Part shown: one piece after another, positions 1 through 8,043 of the stretch | How positions within the stretch are numbered: position 1 is the stretch's first letter | How the letters are laid out: every line of letters starts with the position of its first letter | From: Acutalibacteraceae bacterium | GTDB lineage: Bacteria > Bacillota > Clostridia > Oscillospirales > Acutalibacteraceae | Direction: 5' to 3' | Assembly: GCA_045544035.1 (NCBI GenBank) | Contig: JAZPYE010000007.1 | Location: 1-32,000, forward strand | DNA: 32,000 bases | Notes under the pieces: model-generated | Told to the model about the DNA's origin: nothing | The model's database searches: none | What the model saw: the letters and a program-made list of their open reading frames with translations, nothing else | Program-made: the position numbers and the translations under genes

Positions 1-262
1 TGTCAGTCTTAATAGAAGATTTAACAAACTTGCTTGAGCCGGCATTTTTTACGTACCAGGTGTATTTTAAACCATCGCCCGATGCCTTAACCGGCACCTT
101 GACCGACATACCCGAAGGCTTGGTTACCGACACGGGCTGCTGGGTGATTTTTAAGGTTTTGCCACTAGCCTCAACAGTTTGATAGTTAACCATAATGACT
201 ATATTTGCTATCATCAAAGCAGCCAAAACGACAATTGCCATTTTCTTCAATATCTTTAACAT
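1..262 (-). CDS. hypothetical secreted or membrane-anchored protein, N-terminal 87 aa only (gene runs off the left edge)
   Basis: My own minus-strand translation gives an ATG at 262-260 preceded by GGAGA. The product MLKILKKMAIVVLAALMIANIVIMVNYQTVEASGKTLKITQQPVSVTKPSGMSVKVPVKASGDGLKYTWYVKNAGSSKFVKSSIKTD stays open to position 1. It has a basic N-terminus plus a hydrophobic segment (signal peptide or anchor). It is absent from the ORF track because it is truncated. Confidence 0.45.
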   Translation of the reverse strand, partial: MLKILKKMAIVVLAALMIANIVIMVNYQTVEASGKTLKITQQPVSVTKPSGMSVKVPVKASGDGLKYTWYVKNAGSSKFVKSSIKTD

Positions 263-508
263 AGTTCATTCTCCTTTGTTTTCATATGTCCACAAAATGA
301 ATAAAAATACACGTTTAACATACCAACCGCGTTTAAATGCATATTAGTAATGTATACACCAATTTATTATATCATATATTATCATTCATATCAAGTCTCT
401 ATCATTTAATAACCTAAGCCTTGCAAAAATAAGTGCAAAGCCGCAATATAAAAGGCGGCGAGCGAAACCGCGACAGGTTTGAGTCCTGTCACACTAAACA
501 TATTGTGC

Positions 509-549
509 TTGACTAAATAACTGAAAGAAGATAATATTATTTGTATAAT
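509..549 (+). promoter_or_regulatory. candidate sigma-A promoter(s) for trmO
   Basis: TTGACT (509-514), a 17-nt spacer, then TAATAT (532-537). An overlapping alternative is CTGAAA (521-526), 17 nt, then a perfect TATAAT (544-549). Both sit just upstream of the GTG start at 567. Confidence 0.5.
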
Positions 550-566
550 ATATATTTATAAGGCAG

Positions 567-1268
567 GTGAAGGTCTTGGCAAAAGACAATGAAAAAACCA
601 TTGCCCCTGTGGCATTTATAAGAACCGATTTTAAGGAAAAATTCGGAATTCCGAGGCAAAGCGGCAGGGCAAAAAGTCTTATGGGCGAAATTGTTTTCGA
701 AAGCCGCTTTCAAAACCCCGATGCCCTTAGAGGTCTTGAAGGCTTTTCCCACCTTTGGCTGATTTTTGATTTTTCTCTGTCCCACCGTGAGGGCTTTTTC
801 CCCACCGTGCGCCCGCCCCGCCTTGGGGGCAACAAAAAGGTGGGCGTTTTTGCCAGTCGTTCACCTTTTAGACCCAATTCACTGGGGCTTTCCTGCGTTA
901 AACTTGAGGGAATAAGGCACACCGAAAACGATGGCGACACCCTGCTGGTTTCAGGGGTTGACCTGCTTGATGGCACCCCGATTTATGATATTAAGCCCTA
1001 TGTCCCAATGGCCGACTGTATTGAAAACGCCAAAGGCGGCTACACCGAGGAAACGGCGGGGCACCGCCTAAATGTCATTTTCCCTGAGGAGCTTAAAAAC
1101 CGCTTGCCCGAAGAAAAACTGCAGGCGGCAACCGAGTGCTTGGCAGATGACCCTCGCCCCTCTTATCAGGAGGATTCAAGGGTTTACACCATGGCATTTG
1201 CAGGGTTTGACCTCACCTTTGAGGTTCAGGGCGATACGCTTTTTGTAAGGGATGTAAAAATTCTTTAA
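567..1268 (+). CDS. trmO: tRNA (N6-threonylcarbamoyladenosine(37)-N6)-methyltransferase TrmO (YaeB/TsaA-like)
   Basis: 233-aa ORF with a GTG start. FGIPRQSG, HLWLIFDF, RPPRLGG and DGTPIYDIKPYVP are the characteristic TsaA-like beta-barrel motifs of the YaeB/TrmO family. Confidence 0.85.
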   Translation: MKVLAKDNEKTIAPVAFIRTDFKEKFGIPRQSGRAKSLMGEIVFESRFQNPDALRGLEGFSHLWLIFDFSLSHREGFFPTVRPPRLGGNKKVGVFASRSPFRPNSLGLSCVKLEGIRHTENDGDTLLVSGVDLLDGTPIYDIKPYVPMADCIENAKGGYTEETAGHRLNVIFPEELKNRLPEEKLQAATECLADDPRPSYQEDSRVYTMAFAGFDLTFEVQGDTLFVRDVKIL

Positions 1269-1284
1269 AATACCTTTTTATCTC

Positions 1285-1313
1285 TTGAAAGAGGCAAAAT
1301 TTTGGTGTATACT
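1285..1313 (+). promoter_or_regulatory. candidate sigma-A promoter for the DUF1846 gene
   Basis: TTGAAA (1285-1290), a 17-nt spacer, then TATACT (1308-1313). It lies about 40 nt upstream of the ATG at 1353, which is preceded by a GGGAGGG RBS. Confidence 0.5.
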
Positions 1314-1352
1314 TATATAGTTAATTGTTAATTTACTCTTTGGGAGGGTATT

Positions 1353-2837
1353 ATGGGGAAAATAGGTTTCGATAACGACAAATACATTAAGCTGCAATCG
1401 GAAAAAATTCGTGAGCGCATTGATATGTTCGGCGGCAAGCTTTATCTTGAGTTTGGCGGCAAGCTTTTTGATGACTTCCACGCAGCCCGAGTGCTCCCCG
1501 GCTTTGCGCCCGACAGCAAGGTTAAAATGCTTTTGAAGCTTCGTGACCAGGCTGAAATTGTCATTGTAATCAATTCCGATGCTATTGAGAAAAATAAGCG
1601 CCGCGGCGACCTTGGAATTACCTATGACCTTGATGCCCTGCGCCTTATTGATGCCTTTAGAGGAATCGGCCTTTTCGTTGGCAGCGTTGTTATCACCCGC
1701 TATAACTCCCAGCCCACCGTTCAGGCATTTGAAAAGAGGCTTACCGCCCTTGGAATTAAGGTTTACCGCCACTATTCCATTCCCGATTACCCCGCCAACA
1801 TCCCCTTTATTGTAAGTGATGAGGGCTTTGGTAAAAACGATTACATTGAAACCTCCCGCAGCCTTGTTGTTATAACTGCCCCCGGCCCCGGTAGCGGCAA
1901 AATGGCAACCTGTTTATCCCAGCTTTATCACGAGCACAAGCGCGGTGTTAAGGCGGGCTATGCAAAATTTGAAACCTTCCCCGTTTGGAATTTAGCGCTA
2001 AAGCACCCCGTTAACATTGCCTATGAAGCGGCAACCGCCGACCTTGATGATGTTAACATGATTGACCCCTTCCACCTTGATGTTTATGGCGAAACCTCGG
2101 TTAACTACAACCGCGATATTGAGATTTTCCCTGTGCTCAGCGCAATTATGGAGAATATTTTGGGCGAGTCGCCCTACAAAAGCCCCACCGACATGGGGGT
2201 TAACATGGCAGGCTTCTGCATTACCGACCCTGAGGCCGTAAGAAAGGCAAGCTGTCAGGAAATCATCCGCCGATATTATGCGGCGCTGTGCTCCAACCGC
2301 CAGGGTATGTCGGACAAAAATGAAATTTACAAGCTTGAGCTTTTAATGCGCCAGGTTGGCACCTCTACTGCCGACCGCCCCGTTGCCGCCGCCGCACTTA
2401 AAAAGGCTGAGGAAACAGGCGCCCCCGCCGTTGCACTTGAACTCGAAAACGGCAAGATTATCACAGGCAAAACCTCATCGCTTCTAGGTTCCAGCGCGGC
2501 TCTGCTTTTAAACGCTTTAAAGGAACTGGCTAACATTCCCGATGAAACCCAGCTTATCTCCCCCACCATTATTGAGCCCATTCAGCACCTTAAAATAGAG
2601 CACATGGGCAACCACAACCCAAGGCTCCACACCGATGAGGTGCTTATTGCCCTTTCAATTTGCGCCGCAACCGACCCCGTTGCCGCCAAGGCAATGGACA
2701 TGCTTTATAAGCTGCGTGGCTGCGAGGCCCACTCAACGGTTATTTTATCCCGAGTAGATGAGCAGTGCTTTAGAAAATTGGGTGTTAACATTACCTTTGA
2801 GCCTAACTACCAAACCAAAAAACTTTATCACAATTAA
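1353..2837 (+). CDS. DUF1846 (UPF0371) family protein
   Basis: 494-aa ORF. The N-terminus [23 protein letters not shown]...[17 protein letters not shown], the central [20 protein letters not shown] and the overall length are typical of the conserved Firmicute UPF0371 family. Confidence 0.85.
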   Translation: MGKIGFDNDKYIKLQSEKIRERIDMFGGKLYLEFGGKLFDDFHAARVLPGFAPDSKVKMLLKLRDQAEIVIVINSDAIEKNKRRGDLGITYDLDALRLIDAFRGIGLFVGSVVITRYNSQPTVQAFEKRLTALGIKVYRHYSIPDYPANIPFIVSDEGFGKNDYIETSRSLVVITAPGPGSGKMATCLSQLYHEHKRGVKAGYAKFETFPVWNLALKHPVNIAYEAATADLDDVNMIDPFHLDVYGETSVNYNRDIEIFPVLSAIMENILGESPYKSPTDMGVNMAGFCITDPEAVRKASCQEIIRRYYAALCSNRQGMSDKNEIYKLELLMRQVGTSTADRPVAAAALKKAEETGAPAVALELENGKIITGKTSSLLGSSAALLLNALKELANIPDETQLISPTIIEPIQHLKIEHMGNHNPRLHTDEVLIALSICAATDPVAAKAMDMLYKLRGCEAHSTVILSRVDEQCFRKLGVNITFEPNYQTKKLYHN

Positions 2838-2844
2838 AATAACA

Positions 2845-2876
2845 AAAAGCACTCAGCGATGCTGAGTGCTTTTTTA
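2845..2876. terminator. bidirectional intrinsic terminator shared by the convergent DUF1846 and DUF1015 genes
   Basis: AAAAGCACTCAGC / GAT / GCTGAGTGCTTTT is a perfect 13-bp stem. It is flanked by an A-run on one side and a T-run on the other. Confidence 0.8.
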
Positions 2877-2887
2877 TTGCTGTTTTT

Positions 2888-4153
2888 CTATTTCATCTTA
2901 TTCATAACAAGGCCTGTTATAAGTTTCGGGTAGAAATAGGTTGATTTTTGGGGCATCTTTTCCCCTGCGGCTGAAACGGCGGCGATTTCCTCAACTCTTG
3001 TGGGGTTTAAAATAAAGGCGCAGTTTGCCGAACCCTTTGCCGCGGCATAAGCCTCGGCAAAATCCCTTGTGTAGGTAAGGTTAATTTGTTTTGCCATATT
3101 TTCCTTGTCAATGCCCAGCACATTTTCTAAAATTAAAGTGTGAAGCACCGAAACGTCCAGCCCCTTTAAAGCAGGGGAGGCTGTTTTTAAAGCCTCATCC
3201 ATTGCGGCCATATTTTTAAGGGTTAAAATTGCGGTTTTGGTTCTTCCCACAAAGCCGAATGCCTTTTCTCCCTTTTCATAAGCGGCGGCAAGCCTTACCT
3301 CAATCTCCTCCTTTTTGCAGGGGGAAACGGTGAAGTTATCCTCGCAGTCTTTAAGCAGCTTTTCCTCATCTAAAGCGGGTAAATCCCTTACAATGCGGTG
3401 GGTTGGGAAAACCACAAGACCCTTATTTTCCATATCAATAAGGAACATCATAATGTAATCGGCATTTTCGCAGGAAATGCCCTGCTCGCGAAGCTGTTTT
3501 TGATAGTTAAGGGCGGTTTCATAGCGGTGGTGGCCATCGGCAATATACAGCTTTTTATCATCGAAAAAGCGGCAAAGCCTTTCGGTTTTCTCGCTTTTCT
3601 TTGCAACCCAAAGGCTGTGGGTAACGCCATCGGCATCGGTGAAGGTATCCTCGGGCGCACCTGCCGATAACTCCTCAATAAGCCCTTGTGAGATACCCTC
3701 TTGGTCGGAATAAAGAGAATAAATCTGACTAAAATTGCAGGAGGTTGCTGTCATTAAATTAAGGCGGTCGGTCTTAGCCTTAGATAAAGTTTCCTCATGG
3801 GGCAAAACAACACCATCGGAAAAGGGGTGCAATTTAACGCGGGCCACAATGCCTTTAAAGGAATAGTTTACGCCCTTAACCGCAAATTTTTCCTCATAAA
3901 TATAAAGGCAGTCTTCCGTGTCCTGCTTTAAAATGCCGCTATCCACCCAATTTTTAAGGGTTTGGCCTGCCAAATTATAGCCTGCTTCGCTTTGTTCGGG
4001 CAGCTCAAGGCGGATTATATTATTTTCGTTTGTGTTAAGGTAAGCCTTTTTTTGCTCGGGGGAAATAATATCATAGGGCGGGCAGCAAACCTCGCTCTTT
4101 TCCCCTGCTTTTTCGGTAAAGCGCAGGGCGCCGAATTCTTTAACTGTTGCCAT
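2888..4153 (-). CDS. DUF1015 domain-containing protein
   Basis: 421-aa ORF. The N-terminal FGALRFTEKAG...CPPYDIIS and the central YIADGHHRYETAL motif are hallmarks of DUF1015. It starts 15 nt downstream of thrS, so the two are probably co-transcribed. Confidence 0.8.
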   Translation of the reverse strand: MATVKEFGALRFTEKAGEKSEVCCPPYDIISPEQKKAYLNTNENNIIRLELPEQSEAGYNLAGQTLKNWVDSGILKQDTEDCLYIYEEKFAVKGVNYSFKGIVARVKLHPFSDGVVLPHEETLSKAKTDRLNLMTATSCNFSQIYSLYSDQEGISQGLIEELSAGAPEDTFTDADGVTHSLWVAKKSEKTERLCRFFDDKKLYIADGHHRYETALNYQKQLREQGISCENADYIMMFLIDMENKGLVVFPTHRIVRDLPALDEEKLLKDCEDNFTVSPCKKEEIEVRLAAAYEKGEKAFGFVGRTKTAILTLKNMAAMDEALKTASPALKGLDVSVLHTLILENVLGIDKENMAKQINLTYTRDFAEAYAAAKGSANCAFILNPTRVEEIAAVSAAGEKMPQKSTYFYPKLITGLVMNKMK

Positions 4154-4168
4154 TGTAAATAACTCCTA

Positions 4169-6106
4169 TTAAAGCTTTTTGGTTTTGATTTCTTCTACCA
4201 GCATAGCGGTGAAATCGGCAATGCTCATTGAGCCTAAATCGCCATCCTCGCCGCGGCGGCGAACCGATAAGGTTCCCTCTTCCACTTCCTTGTCACCAAT
4301 GATTGGCATATAAGGAATTTTTTGGAGCCTTGCCTCGCGGATTTTATAGCCGATTTTTTCATTCCTGCTATCAATTTCAACCAACATTCCGAGGGCTTCG
4401 AGCTGCTCCTTAATCTTTTCGGCATATTCAAAATGTCTATCGGCAATGGGGAGAAGCCTTACCTGAACGGGGGCAAGCCAGAGAGGAAATGCTCCTGCAT
4501 ATTTTTCAATAAGCAGAGCTAAAGTTCTCTCATAGCAGCCGATGGATGTTCTGTGAATAATGTAGGGATTTTTCTTTGTACCATCACTATCGGTGTATTC
4601 CATACCGAACTTTTCGGCAAGCATTTGGTCGATTTGAATGGTGATAAGGGTGTCCTCCTTGCCATGAACATTCTTAATTTGAATGTCAAGCTTGGGGCCG
4701 TAGAAGGCGGCTTCGCCGATACCCACCTTATATTTAATGCCAAGGTCGTTTAGGATATTCTCCATTTTGCTCTGTGCTTCATCCCACTGCTCGGCGGTGC
4801 CGATATATTTATCCTTATCCTCGGGGTCCCACTGAGAAAAACGGTAGGAAACATCCTCATATAATCCTAAGGTTTTGAGCATAAAGGTGGTAAGCTCTAA
4901 ACAGCGGCGGAATTCATCCTCAAGCTGGTCGGGGCGGCACATAAGGTGACCCTCAGAAATTGTGAACTGGCGAACACGGATAAGACCGTGCATTTCGCCA
5001 CTGTCCTCATTTCTAAAAAGGGTTGAGGTTTCGGCATAGCGAAGGGGCAAATCCCTATAAGAACGGGGGCGATTAAGATATGCCTGATACTGGAAGGGGC
5101 AGGTCATGGGACGAAGGGCAAAGCACTCCTTGGTTTCATCAGTTGGGTCGCCCATAACGAACATACCATCAAGATAATGGTCCCAGTGTCCCGAAATTTT
5201 ATAAAGGTCGCTCTTTGCCATTAAAGGAGTTTTGGTGCGCATCCAGCCACGGCGAGCCTCCTCATCCTCAACAAAACGCTGTAGAGTTTGAATGATTTGG
5301 GTGCCCTTGGGCAGCATGATGGGCAAACCCTGGCCTATAACATCGCAGGTGGTAAAGAGTTCGAGCTCGCGGCCAATTTTGTTGTGGTCACGCTTCTTTG
5401 CCTCCTCAATTTGCTCTAATCGGGCGATAAGCTCGCTTTGTTTCGGGAAGGCGGTGCCGTAAATTCTTTGAAGCATTTTTCTACTGGAATCACCGCGCCA
5501 ATAAGCGCCAGTTGCGGAGGTAAGTTTAAATGCCTTAACAAGGCCCGTGGACATAAGGTGAGCGCCGGCGCAAAGGTCAGTAAATTCGCCCTGCTTGTAA
5601 AGCGAAATCTCCGCATCCTCGGGCAGGTCGTTTATAAGCTCAACCTTGTAATCTTCATTAGCCTTTTTAAAGAAATCAAGAGCCTCGGCGCGAGATAGGG
5701 TAAAACGCTCAAGGGGTAAATCCTCTTTAACGATTTTCTTCATTTCCTCCTCAATAACGCTAAGGTCATCGGGGGTAAACATTTTTTCGCTGTCAATGTC
5801 ATAGTAAAAACCATCATCAACGGCAGGGCCAATGGCAAGTTTAACGTTTGGGAATAATCTCTTTACTGCCTGAGCCAAAATGTGGGATGCGGTGTGGCGG
5901 AAGGTCCACTTGCCGTAGTCATCATCAAAGGTTAAAATTTGAACCTCATCACCATCATTTAAAGCGGTTCTAAGGTCGGCATTTTTACCGTTAACCAAAG
6001 CGGCGCAGGCCTGCTTTGCAAAGCCGCCGCCAAGGGATTTAACAGCCTCATAAACGCTTAAAGAATTTTCAAATTCTCTTTCACTGCCATTCAAAATAAT
6101 TTTCAT
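4169..6106 (-). CDS. thrS: threonine--tRNA ligase
   Basis: I trimmed the ORF to the ATG at 6106 (MKIILNGSEREF..., TGS domain), which is preceded by GGAGGAAC. Class II aaRS and ThrRS motifs are present (HRTSIGCYERTLALLIE, FPLWLAPVQVRLLPI). The 36 codons upstream in the ORF track lie over the T-box leader. Confidence 0.95.
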   Translation of the reverse strand: MKIILNGSEREFENSLSVYEAVKSLGGGFAKQACAALVNGKNADLRTALNDGDEVQILTFDDDYGKWTFRHTASHILAQAVKRLFPNVKLAIGPAVDDGFYYDIDSEKMFTPDDLSVIEEEMKKIVKEDLPLERFTLSRAEALDFFKKANEDYKVELINDLPEDAEISLYKQGEFTDLCAGAHLMSTGLVKAFKLTSATGAYWRGDSSRKMLQRIYGTAFPKQSELIARLEQIEEAKKRDHNKIGRELELFTTCDVIGQGLPIMLPKGTQIIQTLQRFVEDEEARRGWMRTKTPLMAKSDLYKISGHWDHYLDGMFVMGDPTDETKECFALRPMTCPFQYQAYLNRPRSYRDLPLRYAETSTLFRNEDSGEMHGLIRVRQFTISEGHLMCRPDQLEDEFRRCLELTTFMLKTLGLYEDVSYRFSQWDPEDKDKYIGTAEQWDEAQSKMENILNDLGIKYKVGIGEAAFYGPKLDIQIKNVHGKEDTLITIQIDQMLAEKFGMEYTDSDGTKKNPYIIHRTSIGCYERTLALLIEKYAGAFPLWLAPVQVRLLPIADRHFEYAEKIKEQLEALGMLVEIDSRNEKIGYKIREARLQKIPYMPIIGDKEVEEGTLSVRRRGEDGDLGSMSIADFTAMLVEEIKTKKL

Positions 6107-6398
6107 AAAAGTTCCTCCAAAGTCACTTGAATTTAAAAAATAAAAAACGCCCCGCACGGCATATTTGCCGCACAGGACGAAAAAGACAATTCTTTTCCGC
6201 GGTTCCACCCGCATTGCAGTGAACTCACTGCCTCTTTAAAGATTCTCTAACGCAAATCACGCGGTCGGCTTCATTTATTTCACCGACACTCAAAGGTGGT
6301 CTTCACTTAAAATTTCCATTGGCGGCTTTCAGCCGATGACCGCCTTCTCTTTCTGAAAGGTTTTTAAGTTACTTTCCTTATCACAGTTTTAATAATAT
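6107..6398 (-). promoter_or_regulatory. T-box leader (tRNA-Thr sensing) with terminator/antiterminator, controlling thrS
   Basis: The minus strand reads AATGCGGGTGGAACCGCGG (plus 6197-6215), which is the conserved T-box sequence. It is followed by the hairpin GUCCUGUGCGGCA-AAUA-UGCCGUGCGGGGC plus GUUUUUUAUUUUUU (plus about 6133-6179). That stem needs four G-U pairs, so it forms only in the minus-strand RNA. The candidate specifier is ACC (Thr) followed by A, in ...AAGUGAAG-ACC-ACCUUUGAG (plus 6298-6300). An AGAGA element lies further 5'. Confidence 0.85.
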
Positions 6399-6404
6399 AT
6401 TACT

Positions 6405-6433
6405 AATATACTTTTATTTTCCCTGTTTGTCAA
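6405..6433 (-). promoter_or_regulatory. sigma-A promoter for the thrS T-box leader, embedded in the 3' end of the NUDIX gene
   Basis: The minus strand has TTGACA (plus 6428-6433), a 17-nt spacer, then TATATT (plus 6405-6410). Confidence 0.6.
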
Positions 6434-6881
6434 GGCTTGATTTAACAAGTTTTTCGCCCTCATAGCAGAGCGTTAGGTGGAAAAAGGGCTCGTTTTTCAT
6501 AATCAACTCCAAAAACACCCTGTCTCCCTCCCAGGTGGGATAGCTTAAGACCTTGTCGTTATCTACCCATTTTAGCTCGCCCTCATCGCATTCCTTCAAG
6601 GTGTCATCTATAACAGTGGCGGTAAAAAGGTGCATTTTTTCATCTTCCCAAACATCGGATATAAAATCGACAACGCCCCTATAGGTGTAGGTGTTAAGGG
6701 TCAGCCCCGTTTCCTCATAAACCTCACGAAGTAAACACTGCTCGGCGGTTTCTCCTTTTTCAAACTTGCCGCCAACCCCAATCCATTTGTTTTCATTCAA
6801 ATCATTTTTCTTTTTTGTGCGGTGCAGCAGTAGGGTCTGATTTTTTGTGTTTTCTATGTAACAAAGAGTTGTGTCTTTCAC
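6414..6881 (-). CDS. NUDIX hydrolase (MutT / 8-oxo-dGTP diphosphatase-like)
   Basis: 155-aa ORF with a GTG start. The Nudix box is GGKFEKGETAEQCLLREVYEETGL (GX5EX7REUXEEXGU). Confidence 0.85.
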   Translation of the reverse strand: MKDTTLCYIENTKNQTLLLHRTKKKNDLNENKWIGVGGKFEKGETAEQCLLREVYEETGLTLNTYTYRGVVDFISDVWEDEKMHLFTATVIDDTLKECDEGELKWVDNDKVLSYPTWEGDRVFLELIMKNEPFFHLTLCYEGEKLVKSSLDKQGK

Positions 6882-6932
6882 GCTATCTGCCCCCTATTTC
6901 TTAAAGCATATTCTATCACATTTTTCCATTCT

Positions 6933-6961
6933 TTACAATAAACTTTTCTTATGATACAATA
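6933..6961 (+). promoter_or_regulatory. sigma-A promoter for pth (extended -10)
   Basis: TTTACA (6933-6938), a 17-nt spacer, then TACAAT (6956-6961). A TG sits at 6953-6954 (TGnTACAAT). Confidence 0.6.
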
Positions 6962-6991
6962 TTATCAGTTAATTTTGAAAGAGGTTTTAAA

Positions 6992-7588
6992 ATGTTTTTT
7001 AAGCGAAGCGCCGCCTCGAAATATGATTTTATCATAGTCGGCCTCGGAAATCCGGGCAAAGAATATGAAAAAACCCGCCACAACGCAGGCTTTATGGCGG
7101 TTGATAAAATAACCGAGAAGTTTGGTCACACAAACAAAAAGATTAAACACAAGGCCGAAATTTGCGACCTTAAAATCGGTGGCAAAACCCTCCTTATTGT
7201 AAAGCCCCAAACCTATATGAACTTGTCGGGCGAGGCCGTTGGCCCTCTAGCTCGTTACTATAAGGTTGCCCCGCAAAATGTCTTTGTTATTTTTGATGAC
7301 ATTTCACTGCCTGTGGGTAATATCCGCATTAGAAAAAAGGGGAGTGCAGGCGGCCACAACGGCATTAAAAGCCTGATTTCCAACCTCGGCACAGAGGATT
7401 TCCCAAGGCTTAAAATCGGTGTTGGCGCAAAGCCCCACCCTGATGCTGATTTAAAAAATCACGTTCTGGGCGGAATTCCAAAGGAACAGTTGCCCGAATT
7501 TGAAAAAGCACTGGATAATGCCGTTTCGGCGGTGGAAGAAATGCTTAAATGTGGCATTGAAAGTGCAATGAATAAATTTAATTCCTAA
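6992..7588 (+). CDS. pth: aminoacyl-tRNA hydrolase (peptidyl-tRNA hydrolase)
   Basis: 198-aa ORF. It carries IIVGLGNPGKEYEKTRHNAGF, the canonical Pth N-terminal motif with the catalytic His, and GHNGIKS. Confidence 0.95.
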   Translation: MFFKRSAASKYDFIIVGLGNPGKEYEKTRHNAGFMAVDKITEKFGHTNKKIKHKAEICDLKIGGKTLLIVKPQTYMNLSGEAVGPLARYYKVAPQNVFVIFDDISLPVGNIRIRKKGSAGGHNGIKSLISNLGTEDFPRLKIGVGAKPHPDADLKNHVLGGIPKEQLPEFEKALDNAVSAVEEMLKCGIESAMNKFNS

Positions 7589-7593
7589 AAAGA

Positions 7594-7627
7594 CTACGAG
7601 GCACAAAAAAGTGCCTCGTAATTTTTT
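7594..7627. terminator. bidirectional intrinsic terminator between convergent pth and spoVAE
   Basis: The hairpin is CTACGAGGCAC-AAAAAA-GTGCCTCGTA followed by ATTTTTT. An A-run precedes it on the other side. Confidence 0.8.
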
Positions 7628-7994
7628 ATGCCTTATCGCCCGGTTTAAAAATAAGCGCCATTAAAACGGCTGAGCAAACGGCTGTGGCAATTCCTGCGGC
7701 GGTGGCGGTGAGCCCGCCTGAAAGGGCGCCCATAAAGCCATATTGCTCTACCGCTTTTTGCACCCCTTTTGCAAGGGAATAACCAAAACCTGTAAGGGGC
7801 ACGCTGGCGCCTGCCTCGGCAAATTTTATAAGGGGCTCATAAAGCCCTATAGCCGTTAAAAACACGCCTGAAACCACATATCCAACAAGAATTCTTGCAG
7901 GGGTAAGGGCAGTGTTATCAATTAAAATTTGACCGATAACGCAAAATGCGCCGCCCACAACAAAGGCTTTAACAAGTGATAAAAATAATTCCAC
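7626..7994 (-). CDS. spoVAE: stage V sporulation protein AE (SpoVAEB-type small membrane protein)
   Basis: 122-aa ORF with a GTG start. VGGAFCVIGQILID...LTPA...GLYEPLIKFAEAGASVPLTGFG...IFKPG matches my recollection of Bacillus SpoVAEB along its full length. No spoVAC or spoVAD lies next to it. Confidence 0.8.
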   Translation of the reverse strand: MELFLSLVKAFVVGGAFCVIGQILIDNTALTPARILVGYVVSGVFLTAIGLYEPLIKFAEAGASVPLTGFGYSLAKGVQKAVEQYGFMGALSGGLTATAAGIATAVCSAVLMALIFKPGDKA

Positions 7995-8039
7995 GGAAAC
8001 TACTCCTTTTTACTGTTTCAGTAGTAGTTTTCCGTGGAA
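7989..8039 (-). terminator. rarA terminator-like hairpin that also contains the spoVAE SD and GTG start
   Basis: The arms are 7989-8004 (TTCCACGGAAACTACT) and 8023-8039 (AGTAGTTTTCCGTGGAA), giving 16 bp with one bulged T. In the minus-strand RNA the stem is followed by UUAUUUUUA. The GTG start (7994-7992) lies inside the 3' arm. Confidence 0.6.
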
Positions 8040-8043
8040 AATT

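Noticed and set aside
431-500. GC-rich hairpins (GCCGC...GCGGC and GACAGG-TTTGAGT-CCTGTC) upstream of trmO as a possible riboswitch.
   Set aside because: They lie upstream of the best trmO promoter candidates. They have no T-run and do not match any riboswitch core I recognise. Nothing more can be said from the sequence alone.
6107-6214. The ORF track extends thrS by 36 codons (MRVEPRKRIVFF...).
   Set aside because: This stretch is the T-box terminator/antiterminator region. The ATG at 6106 has a GGAGGAAC RBS and begins the normal ThrRS TGS domain.
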